Source: Minisyncoccota bacterium (GTDB lineage Bacteria > Patescibacteriota > Minisyncoccia > Phycocordibacterales > GWA1-40-21). Taken from it: a stretch of DNA of 64,000 nt. Under the pieces are notes generated by a model. It was not told the DNA's origin. It saw only the letters and a program-made list of their open reading frames with translations, and made no database searches. The stretch spans positions 1,817-65,816 of the forward strand of contig JBAZRH010000001.1 of assembly GCA_041663045.1 (NCBI GenBank). Direction: 5' to 3'. Made by a program: the position numbers and the translations under genes. Numbering within the stretch: position 1 is the first letter of the stretch; each line of letters begins with the position of its first letter. Below, in pieces: positions 18,659-27,113 of the stretch.

Positions 18659-19541
18659 ATTTTCTATTACTTAAAAATCCAGATTCTATTTTAATCCAAT
18701 CTACAGGAGTAATATCTGCTTCCTTGTGTTTATTATGCCAAACCTTCGGACAGACAACAGTCTTCCCTTGATTTTGATTAAGCCAAGCACCCCACCAACT
18801 AAATGAACTATTGGCAATAATGTTATTTCTGCTTTTCGACATTAATAACAAATCTATAAATGGTTTATTAATATTTGAATGAATCACAGTATATTTAAGG
18901 TCTTTTGGTAGTATTTTTTTTGCATAGTCTTCATCTTCACAAAATACAAAAAAGTTTGGACTCATTATTTTTTCTTTGATTATAGACACCGCTTTCGAGT
19001 AGTATTCACCATTACAGATATCTCTGACTTCAGGTATTTTTAAATAATCACCAGCTCTTACGTGAATTGAAACAGACTCCCCTAGAGACATCTTTTGCTC
19101 AATGGATAGGGAATAGTCATCAAGCGTTTCTTTTGGCTGGAATTCCTTTAAAAGTATATCTCTGATATCATCAAAATAATTGAGGTTTTGCCAGTAGCCG
19201 TCAAAATATAAACTTCTATTGATCTCGAAGACATTTTTCTCAAAAGCGAAAGATTTTACCTCTTGGATATAGTTATTAGAAAACCTCCAAACACCTTTAA
19301 AAATAGAAGCTATTTTCTTCAGTAATATATTTCTGGGAAATAGCGTATTAATGATCTCATCTTTTGTAGCAGTATCTATATTAGTCAGATAATTTATTAT
19401 CTCCAATTTTCTGTGATTTTGTTTATCGAAAAAACTTATATCAAACTTTAATTTTCGTCCAGTTTTAATGGAGACACTTTTACCGAAAGCATATTGGAAC
19501 ATTTGATTTCCCAAACCTCCAGAAAGTCTAACAATAATCAT
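18645..19541 (-). CDS. glycosyltransferase family 11 (alpha-1,2-fucosyltransferase-like), second copy
   Basis: SGGLGNQMFQYAFG signature. Paralogous to 10738-11595 (shared SSFSWWGAWLNQN). Confidence 0.75.
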   Translation of the reverse strand: MIIVRLSGGLGNQMFQYAFGKSVSIKTGRKLKFDISFFDKQNHRKLEIINYLTNIDTATKDEIINTLFPRNILLKKIASIFKGVWRFSNNYIQEVKSFAFEKNVFEINRSLYFDGYWQNLNYFDDIRDILLKEFQPKETLDDYSLSIEQKMSLGESVSIHVRAGDYLKIPEVRDICNGEYYSKAVSIIKEKIMSPNFFVFCEDEDYAKKILPKDLKYTVIHSNINKPFIDLLLMSKSRNNIIANSSFSWWGAWLNQNQGKTVVCPKVWHNKHKEADITPVDWIKIESGFLSNRKYGKI

Positions 19542-20421
19542 CTTTATATTTTCTTATCTGTTCTACCCAGTAATCCATCCGTAGCGCAGGACAGGCTGTC
19601 TTAGAAGATAGTTCAACGAAGATTTGTTCGAATTCCTTTTCTGTCACATCTTTTAATTTATCCCATTTTTCAATCACCATAAGCGGTATTCCGATACTTT
19701 TCCAATATTCAGTTGGTATAGAGGCTTCAACTATCGGTATAGATTTAAGATATATGGTTTCCCATGTTCTATGACAATCGAGCCCATTTCCTGGGGGTGA
19801 TATGATGAATTTATATTTTGATATCTTTTTTAAATAGTCTTCTTTTGAAATAGTCTCTTTTTCGATTTCTGATAAGGTATCAGCAAGATTTATTTTTTTT
19901 ACTTCCTCTAATATAGGTATTCTTTTTTTAAAGTTTGTCCTAACCCAGAAACTGTAAAACAGTCTGGTGATTTTGTTTTTTTCATCAGAATATTTTTTAA
20001 TAGAATTTATAATTATGTTTTTCTTATCGCCAATACGGCTATCGATTCCTATTGGTATCGGAGTTATCTTTTTGTGCTCAAACAATAAGTTTTCTGCAAA
20101 CCAGTGTATTACCTTGTTATCATCTGCCAGTGATTTCATCTCTTCACTTACACCCATATCTTCATTGTGGGAGATAAGTATGTACGGATTATCAATCAGG
20201 GGATTAATCTTTGATGAAAATTCTTTTAGGAAGTTTGTCCTTACAAAAATAATGTCACCCCTGCTTACATCTTTAGGGTCAAAGTCCATCGATTCATCGA
20301 AAATATGTTGCGCTAGATTACGAAAAGAATCTCCGGATATATATGGATAACTGGTTGGTCTTTGTGTTTTTAACGCTTTGTTTAAATATCTCCTTACTTT
20401 TGTTTTTAATTCTAATAGCAT
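19528..20421 (-). CDS. hypothetical protein in glycan locus (possible glycosyltransferase)
   Basis: Intact 297-aa ORF overlapping the neighbouring genes on both sides. Confidence 0.4.
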   Translation of the reverse strand: MLLELKTKVRRYLNKALKTQRPTSYPYISGDSFRNLAQHIFDESMDFDPKDVSRGDIIFVRTNFLKEFSSKINPLIDNPYILISHNEDMGVSEEMKSLADDNKVIHWFAENLLFEHKKITPIPIGIDSRIGDKKNIIINSIKKYSDEKNKITRLFYSFWVRTNFKKRIPILEEVKKINLADTLSEIEKETISKEDYLKKISKYKFIISPPGNGLDCHRTWETIYLKSIPIVEASIPTEYWKSIGIPLMVIEKWDKLKDVTEKEFEQIFVELSSKTACPALRMDYWVEQIRKYKDDYC

Positions 20422-21692
20422 AAGATTTTTTTAATTTTAGAAGTCGTAAAGATAAAAGCAAAAGGGATTGAATATGATATAAAAGTAGCGAATGCTGCTC
20501 CTGCCATACCATATTTTGGTATGAGGAATATATTTAGTATGACATTTATTGACATACCAAGAAAGGATGAGAAAAATAGAGTCTTTTTGTAATTTTCTGC
20601 CACAAGATAATAGTTGGCAAGCATATTTAAAGATGTGGAAATATTACTCCAAATATATATTTGAAGTATCAATACTGCTCCGATAAATGCCGGACCGAAG
20701 ATTATCTTTATTATTAATTCAGCTAGTAGTGTAGTCGGTATGGCAATTATTATAGAAAGAATTAATAATATCAGACCCAGCTTTTTAATTCTCCTATAAT
20801 AAATTTCTTCAGATATTTTCTTGGCATTTATAATCGCCGGAAACATCGAAGAGACTATTATATTTGGCACGAGATACCAGACTTCAGATAGTCTAACTGC
20901 GGCATCATATAGACCGACGGATTTTGCATCCATCATATTTTTTATCATAATCTGGTCAATTCTAGAATATATTAAAGCAAAGGCAGATGAAAAGATGAGT
21001 GGCCAAGAATCATGAAGTATTTTCTTTGCCACTTCTTTACTAAAGGACCACTCTGAAATCATTTTATAGAGTTTTGTTCGATAGTATAGAAGCCCGACAG
21101 CATAAAAGATTGATTCTAAAAGTAGAACAAATGCCAGATATATAACTCCTTTTCCAAAGACCAAAACTAATATCTTTAATATGTTCAGAATTATTGTTAC
21201 ATATAAAGATAGGAGTGAAGGATATTTTGATTGAACGTTTGCTTGAAATTCATTACTAATTATATTAAAAGAATTGAAAATGAAACTAATACTTAGTAAA
21301 AATATTAGAAATAAGGAGACATCTTTAGGAGAAAACCACAGAGCAAATGTCGAGCAGAGGATTATAGCTAGGATAGATGCTCCCAACCTAAGCCCCAAAG
21401 CTGAACCCATGTATAAATTCCTTTTTTCTGGATATTGAATTAAATCTCTGTATAGTACCTGATCGATTCCAAGGACGGCGATAAAAGAGAATATGGACAC
21501 AAAACTAACTGCATAGCTTAACTCTCCATAGTTTGTTGGACCCAAATGTCTTGCGATATAGATAGTGGCTAAAAGGGAGACAGCCATACTTCCTATTTTT
21601 GCTAGAAACATCCAGCTCATATTTTTGAAATATTTCTGAAATCCAACGTGTTTCCATTTCTCTACTATGTAATTCCAAGAAAGAGTCTGCAT
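20412..21692 (-). CDS. polysaccharide biosynthesis protein, Wzx-like flippase (MOP superfamily)
   Basis: ~12 predicted TM helices. N-terminal FLAKIGSMAVSLLATIYIARHLGPTNYGELS typical of Wzx/RfbX. Confidence 0.65.
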   Translation of the reverse strand: MQTLSWNYIVEKWKHVGFQKYFKNMSWMFLAKIGSMAVSLLATIYIARHLGPTNYGELSYAVSFVSIFSFIAVLGIDQVLYRDLIQYPEKRNLYMGSALGLRLGASILAIILCSTFALWFSPKDVSLFLIFLLSISFIFNSFNIISNEFQANVQSKYPSLLSLYVTIILNILKILVLVFGKGVIYLAFVLLLESIFYAVGLLYYRTKLYKMISEWSFSKEVAKKILHDSWPLIFSSAFALIYSRIDQIMIKNMMDAKSVGLYDAAVRLSEVWYLVPNIIVSSMFPAIINAKKISEEIYYRRIKKLGLILLILSIIIAIPTTLLAELIIKIIFGPAFIGAVLILQIYIWSNISTSLNMLANYYLVAENYKKTLFFSSFLGMSINVILNIFLIPKYGMAGAAFATFISYSIPFAFIFTTSKIKKILCY

Positions 21693-21887
21693 AAATTTGA
21701 TTAGGTAAATATTACCATTTTTGTGCTATAATGCCACTTGCGAAAATTTATTTTTTATTAATAATAAAAATACTTGTCCTGTTATAAAATACGGACAAAC
21801 GTTGGTAAGCTTAATGTGGCAGGTAATTTATTATAGTGTATCATTAGAATAGTAAAATAATTAATAGCTTTAAATTTTATAACTGGG

Positions 21888-24023
21888 ATGACAAATACGA
21901 ATATAAATAATATTGTTAAGTATGCGATTTTCACGGGCCTCTGGGCTGTGCTTTTGATACCATTTTATGTGGCGAATACAATGTTTTTTCCTTATATCGT
22001 TGGAAAAAACTTTGCTTTCAGAATAATCATTGAAATAATTTTCGCTCTCTGGGTATATCTTGCCTTTATTGACGTGAAATACAGACCGAAATGTTCAATA
22101 GTTTTGAGGACGACAATAATCTTTACAGCGATAATGTTTCTAGCAGATATTCTTGCCGTCGCGCCGGTAAAAGCTTTCTGGAGCAACTTTGAGAGAATGG
22201 ACGGATGGATTACTTTGATACATTTACTTATGTATCTATTAGTCTTTGGTTCTGTAATGAAAACAGAAAAGCTTTGGTTGTGGTTCTTCAGATCGTCTTT
22301 GGCTATGAGTGTTGTTATGATTTTGTTTGTTACAAAAGAATGGCTTTCAACTGGAGCAACTAGAGTCTCCGTAACTCTCGGCAATCCAATCTATGTTGCT
22401 ATTTTATTTCTCTTCAATTTTTTCTTTGCACTGATTCTGCTTTATAAAGACGTAATCATTTTAAAGACAAATAGTTTAAGACCATGGTTAGAGATTTTTA
22501 AATCCTGGCTGACATATGTATATCTTATAATTGCATTTCTCTGTGTTTTCGGTATCTGGAGAACAAGCACTAGGGGTGTAATACTCGGTCTCCTTGGGGG
22601 ACTCTTTGTTTCGGCTTTGATGATTGCGATCTTTGAGAAAAAAGACAAAATAATGAGGAAAGTTGCAATCGGAGGGGTTGTTGCCATTGTCGTCATTATT
22701 GTTGGATTCTTTGCTATTAAGAATACTGAATTTGTTAAAAATAATGCAACACTAAGTAGGCTTGCAGCGATTTCTTGGCAAAATGTAAACGGGCAAGGAC
22801 AAGCAAGACAATATGTCTGGCCAATGGCATTCCAGGGTGTAAAAGAAAAGCCCATTTTAGGTTGGGGACAAGACGGGTTTAATTATGTTTTTAACAAATA
22901 TTATGATCCTAGAATGTATGCCCAAGAACAATGGTTTGATAGGGCTCATAATATGCCGATTGACATACTCGTGGCTGGTGGAATACTTGGTCTTATCTCT
23001 TATCTCAGCATTTTTGTCGCAGCACTTTGGTTGATTTGGAAGAGGAGAGAAAGGCTTGGTATTACAGACGCAGCACTTCTGGTCGGAGTCTTGGCTGGGT
23101 ATTTTTTTCAAAATCTTTTCGTCTTTGATAATTTAATTAGTTATATCTTGTTTTTTGTAGTACTAGCGTATTTACATTCAAGTGATACAGAAAATGATAC
23201 AGAGAAAGATAATGGAAAAAACTACCATATTAATCAGGAATTAATAAACTATATTGTTGCTCCTTTGTTGGTGGTCATCCTCGGTGTTTCATTTTGGTAT
23301 CTAAATTATAAACCGATTTCTGCAAACTTAAATTTGATACGAGCATTACAACCTTTAGAAGGAGGGCTTTCTGTAAATCTAGATCTTTTTAAGAAAATCT
23401 TGTCCTCCGAATCAGTCGGTACACCTGAGATCAGAGAGCAACTCCTAAGTGTCGTTCCGAGAATTGTCTCCATAAACGTGGATCAGAAGATTAAGCAAGA
23501 TTTTGTTGAATTAGCATACAATGAAATACAAAAACAAGTGGCCGAAACTCCAAACGATGCAAGGTATCAATTCTTTGCAGGACAGTTTTTGGCGAATCTA
23601 GGACAGTATCAAGAATCTTTACAATATTTTCAAAAAGCAGTTGAACTTTCACCCACAAAGCTAACCATGTTATCTGATTTATCCAAGACATTGGCTTACG
23701 TTGGAGATAAAAAGCAAGCGCTAGAAGTAGCAAAGAGGGCTTATGATCTGATGCCAGAATATGTTGATGTGAAAATAGGTTATATTTTTGCTCTTATAAT
23801 AAATGGGGATGAAAAGGCGGCAAAAGATTTGTTGGGTGCTACAACCACAACAGATGAGAGGATAGTCAGGGCATATCTTATAAATGCCTCGGATTACCTA
23901 AGAAAAGGAGATAAATGGAGTGCTGTGGCGGAAGTAGAGAAGGCGATTAAGATATCCCCCAATTTTGAAGCACAGGGAAGGGGTGTGATAGATGGCATTT
24001 GGAAAGGGGAGATCAAGGAATAA
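21888..24023 (+). CDS. O-antigen ligase (Wzy_C)-like membrane protein with C-terminal TPR repeats
   Basis: Multi-TM N-terminal part with WFDRAHNMPIDILVAGGILGL (Wzy_C motif). TPR-like repeats after residue ~520. Confidence 0.65.
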   Translation: MTNTNINNIVKYAIFTGLWAVLLIPFYVANTMFFPYIVGKNFAFRIIIEIIFALWVYLAFIDVKYRPKCSIVLRTTIIFTAIMFLADILAVAPVKAFWSNFERMDGWITLIHLLMYLLVFGSVMKTEKLWLWFFRSSLAMSVVMILFVTKEWLSTGATRVSVTLGNPIYVAILFLFNFFFALILLYKDVIILKTNSLRPWLEIFKSWLTYVYLIIAFLCVFGIWRTSTRGVILGLLGGLFVSALMIAIFEKKDKIMRKVAIGGVVAIVVIIVGFFAIKNTEFVKNNATLSRLAAISWQNVNGQGQARQYVWPMAFQGVKEKPILGWGQDGFNYVFNKYYDPRMYAQEQWFDRAHNMPIDILVAGGILGLISYLSIFVAALWLIWKRRERLGITDAALLVGVLAGYFFQNLFVFDNLISYILFFVVLAYLHSSDTENDTEKDNGKNYHINQELINYIVAPLLVVILGVSFWYLNYKPISANLNLIRALQPLEGGLSVNLDLFKKILSSESVGTPEIREQLLSVVPRIVSINVDQKIKQDFVELAYNEIQKQVAETPNDARYQFFAGQFLANLGQYQESLQYFQKAVELSPTKLTMLSDLSKTLAYVGDKKQALEVAKRAYDLMPEYVDVKIGYIFALIINGDEKAAKDLLGATTTTDERIVRAYLINASDYLRKGDKWSAVAEVEKAIKISPNFEAQGRGVIDGIWKGEIKE

Positions 24024-24044
24024 AGTATAGGAGAAAGATTTTTA

Positions 24045-24086
24045 AAAAGCGGAACGGTGGCTATTTCTAGCCGTAGTTCCGCTTTT
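24045..24086 (+). terminator. rho-independent terminator
   Basis: aaaagcggaac...gttccgctttt (11-bp stem) with a T-run. Confidence 0.65.
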
Positions 24087-24220
24087 CCTTTTAAATTTGC
24101 TTTATTTCTTATAATATGCTATACTTCCCACTGTGAGTGCTAGCATCAGCGATGGCGCTGGCTCGAACGAATGTCTGCGTATGACCCCACTTTGTGGGGT
24201 TTTACGTTGTCCCAAAAAGC

Positions 24221-24340
24221 TCGCTCGGGCGTGCCTTTATGAGGGTACGGATTTTTTGAAGCTTAAAAAATCCTGAAGTTTTCGCGCCAGTCGCGCTCAA
24301 AACCCCCTCATAAAGGCACGCCCTCGCTCACCCACGAACG
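24221..24340. repeat. imperfect palindromic intergenic element R1 (family with 32563-32705 and 41186-41332)
   Basis: Outer arms gggcgtgcctttatgaggg / ccctcataaaggcacgccc (19/19). Central mini-palindrome ggattttttgaagcttaaaaaatcc. Shares the cgcgcc[ag]tcgcgctc core with R3. Confidence 0.6.
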
Positions 24341-24481
24341 AAATCAAGCTGGAATGAAAGGTGTGAGTTTGATATAATAACAGAGGATTGTTCCCAGTCA
24401 CGACCGGCGGTTGCACTCATATAAGACATTAGTTTTGGAGTTAGCCCCCGCCGGTCTTGAGTCGGAGCAATCTTTTTCCCC

Positions 24482-25492
24482 ATGGAAATTAAAAAGTTTG
24501 TAAATCTTTCAAAATATTCTACTTTCAAGATCGGCGGAGACGCGCGGTTTTTTTGTGAAGTTTCAAATGAAGCTGAGCTTAAAGAAGCTTTGGCTTTTGC
24601 AGAAAAAGAAAATCTACGTTTTTTTATTCTAGGCAATGGTTCCAATCTTTTGATATCAGATTTAGGTTTTGATGGATTTATTATAAAAAATAATATTAAA
24701 AGTTTGAATATTGAATCGGAGAATTCCGATGAAGTGGTTATTTCCGCCGGTGCAGGGGAGGACTGGGCCGACTTTGTAAAATACTCTATAAATGAAAATC
24801 TTTCGGGCGTAGAAAATCTTTCGGGAATACCAAGTTCTGTCGGAGCTTCGGCGGTGCAGAATATTGGTGCCTACGGTGTGGAAGCAAAAGATATTATAGC
24901 TTGTGTGGAGGGTTTAGATGCAAATAACGGAGAGAGCTTTTTATTGAAAAATAGAGAATGCAATTTTAACTATCGCGATAGTATTTTTAAGAAAAACAAG
25001 AATTTGATAATTACAAAAGTCTATTTCAATCTAGGAAGAAAGTTTATGCCGAAAATAGAATATCCGGATTTAAAAAAGGTTTTTGAAGGAGAGAAAAAAC
25101 TTACACCCAAAATGATTGGCGAAGCTATAATCAAAATCCGCAAAGAAAAACTTCCAGATTTGGAAAAATACGGCACAGCCGGCTCGTATTTCAAAAATCC
25201 AGTAATTACTGAAGAAAAATATTTAGAAATTGCAAAAAAATATCCGGAATTACCCAAATTTCCATCAGGAGAAGGCTTTGCAAAAATTCCACTTGGATAT
25301 GTGCTCGATAAAATCTGCGGTCTCAAAGGTTTTCGACAAGGCAACGCCGGATTTTATGAAAAACAGGCTCTGATTCTTGTGAATTTTGATGGAGCAAAGA
25401 GCATCGATATTATTGCTCTTGAAAATCTTGCAAAAAAGATGGTAAAAGCAAAACTCGGTATTGATATAGAAGCAGAGGTGGAGAAAATCTAA
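24482..25492 (+). CDS. murB: UDP-N-acetylenolpyruvoylglucosamine reductase
   Basis: LSKYSTFKIGGDARFF and GNGSNLLISD FAD-binding motifs. Length 336 aa. Confidence 0.8.
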   Translation: MEIKKFVNLSKYSTFKIGGDARFFCEVSNEAELKEALAFAEKENLRFFILGNGSNLLISDLGFDGFIIKNNIKSLNIESENSDEVVISAGAGEDWADFVKYSINENLSGVENLSGIPSSVGASAVQNIGAYGVEAKDIIACVEGLDANNGESFLLKNRECNFNYRDSIFKKNKNLIITKVYFNLGRKFMPKIEYPDLKKVFEGEKKLTPKMIGEAIIKIRKEKLPDLEKYGTAGSYFKNPVITEEKYLEIAKKYPELPKFPSGEGFAKIPLGYVLDKICGLKGFRQGNAGFYEKQALILVNFDGAKSIDIIALENLAKKMVKAKLGIDIEAEVEKI

Positions 25493-25506
25493 AGTAAATT
25501 GTTCTA

Positions 25507-25534
25507 TTGACAGATATTTATTTTCGTGTATAAA
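25507..25534 (+). promoter_or_regulatory. sigma70-like promoter (TTGACA-16-TGtATAAA)
   Basis: -35 TTGACA at 25507, extended -10 TGTATAAA at 25527-34. Confidence 0.5.
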
Positions 25535-25612
25535 GATATACAGAAGTGAGGTCAAAAAGAGCTCATAAAAACCGTGGCAAAAGCCACACTGTTCTTAGAC
25601 AAGGAGAAAATA

Positions 25613-27022
25613 ATGCAAACGAATAATGCAGTTGAGAACGTTCGATGTATGAAAATTATCTTCAATGAAGGCAAGCCAGAAATCGACGGTGCCACACTGA
25701 AGGTTCAGTGGCTTTTCGGCAAAGAAACTGCCGAAAAAGTGCCGACGCATATTTTGGCAATGGATCTTAAGCCCTATGCCATCTTAAACATCAAGTCCGA
25801 TGGTTATGCATGGGATTCATATTCACCGAGAAAGGTCTTTAAGATCGCTGACACGATGGGCTTCTGGCAATTCAACCGTCCTGGAAAACACAAGATTTTA
25901 TTTGTGGCCTTGAGGGTGGAAGATTGCCAAAAAGAAGACTTCTCTTTGAAAGTCTTGTCATGCTCGGACGGCGGAAATTATGGTAACCCGCTGTTTGTGG
26001 ATGAGAAGAATGGCGAAATCGCAATTCGGCGAGTTCAAGAAAATCTCCCGGCAACAGTGATTTGTTGCCTTAATATGGAGATAGATATTCCAGAAGTGTT
26101 TTTTGCCAAGAAGCCGACATCGGCTATCGGTAAAGCTTTTTGGAATTATTCTGTTCCTCGTGAACGTGGTGGTGATCCAGATGATGAATGCGAATATAGG
26201 GGTTATTGGTTTAAGCGTCTTATACCCAAACTCGTATTCCATGTACCGACACGCATACTGATTGGGCTTTTCATCACAAGTCTTCTCACCTTGGTAAGGT
26301 TTAGTGCTTTCTTTTTTGGCTGGCGCCCATGTCTTTTGAGTGGACTCGGAGAACTCTGGAACTTCAATAGCAGAATCCTTGGCATAAAATTTGGTAAGGA
26401 TGACTTCAGGATTTTATTTCTGGAGGAGTGCGACCATGACAGACCTAGATGCAAGAGGTATATGGATTTACTTGAACGATACCGTGTCTGGAGTGTGAAG
26501 GAAAATCCAAAAGACGAAAGTGAAGTGGTCCTTGTAAAGATGCCTTTTGCCCCATGGCATTTGGCCGTCTTTGGTCTTATCGTGTGGGCATTTTGGGGTA
26601 GTAGCGATAAGATCGGGATTACAAATCTGTTGAAGATCAGTGTCTTTTGGAGTTCTCTGCTTGTTGGGTGGATACTGTTGATGGTTTTCTTTGCCCGTTT
26701 GGTCCCAGCACTTCTCGGCAAAGAGAGCAAGATCTATCCAAAATTATCCGAAAGGATGAAAGGGTATTGGTCTCGTCGGCGAGCTGAAAGGCAGAAAGCC
26801 CGCGCAGAAGCAGGACAAAAGCGGAAGGAAGCTGAAGCTATTGTTTCCATGAACAGGCATAAGCAGTATGCGTTGTGGTTGAAGAATAATCTATTGGTAG
26901 GTAAAACCTCGCCAGTGGGGAATTCTACATCAACGCCGTTCTCGAATAAGGGTGTTGTGAAGTTGAAAGCAAGCTTCTGGGCACTCAAGGCTCGTGTTTG
27001 CAAGCCGTATCCGAAGGGGTAA
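25613..27022 (+). CDS. hypothetical membrane protein on a moderately high-GC island
   Basis: AAGGAG RBS before the ATG at 25613 (the ORF track starts at a GTG at 25574). Soluble N-terminal half, ~5 TM segments, basic/coiled C-terminal tail. GC above the flanks. Confidence 0.55.
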   Translation: MQTNNAVENVRCMKIIFNEGKPEIDGATLKVQWLFGKETAEKVPTHILAMDLKPYAILNIKSDGYAWDSYSPRKVFKIADTMGFWQFNRPGKHKILFVALRVEDCQKEDFSLKVLSCSDGGNYGNPLFVDEKNGEIAIRRVQENLPATVICCLNMEIDIPEVFFAKKPTSAIGKAFWNYSVPRERGGDPDDECEYRGYWFKRLIPKLVFHVPTRILIGLFITSLLTLVRFSAFFFGWRPCLLSGLGELWNFNSRILGIKFGKDDFRILFLEECDHDRPRCKRYMDLLERYRVWSVKENPKDESEVVLVKMPFAPWHLAVFGLIVWAFWGSSDKIGITNLLKISVFWSSLLVGWILLMVFFARLVPALLGKESKIYPKLSERMKGYWSRRRAERQKARAEAGQKRKEAEAIVSMNRHKQYALWLKNNLLVGKTSPVGNSTSTPFSNKGVVKLKASFWALKARVCKPYPKG

Positions 27023-27035
27023 GGTTGTCGGTTCA

Positions 27036-27078
27036 GGGCTCCGCAGAGCGACATGTGTCGCCCGCGGAGCCCTTTTTC
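27036..27078 (+). terminator. rho-independent terminator
   Basis: gggctccgc...gcggagccc + TTTTT. Confidence 0.75.
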
Positions 27079-27113
27079 TTAGTTTTTTTTCTAAATTATG
27101 CTATTATGCATTC

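Noticed and set aside
12123-19891. A8/T8 homopolymer tracts inside glycan-locus genes as phase-variation switches
   Set aside because: Not rejected outright, but down-weighted. In DNA this AT-rich, 8-nt A/T runs are expected by chance and occur in lysine-rich stretches (KKK). Without population data there is no evidence of length variation.
24100-24480. RNase P RNA, SRP RNA or tmRNA in the long murB upstream region
   Set aside because: None of the universal motifs (P4 GGAAAGUCCGG…/ACAGAACCCGGCUUA, SRP AGGUCAGG…GGAAGCAGC, tmRNA T-arm/ACCA) are present. The structure is better explained by the palindromic repeat family.
26994-27113. Upstream in-frame extension of secA (ORF track start at 26994)
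   Set aside because: The extension overlaps the previous gene's stop and its GC-rich terminator hairpin and lacks an RBS. The conserved SecA N-terminus (MFLSKIFGD…) begins at 27114.
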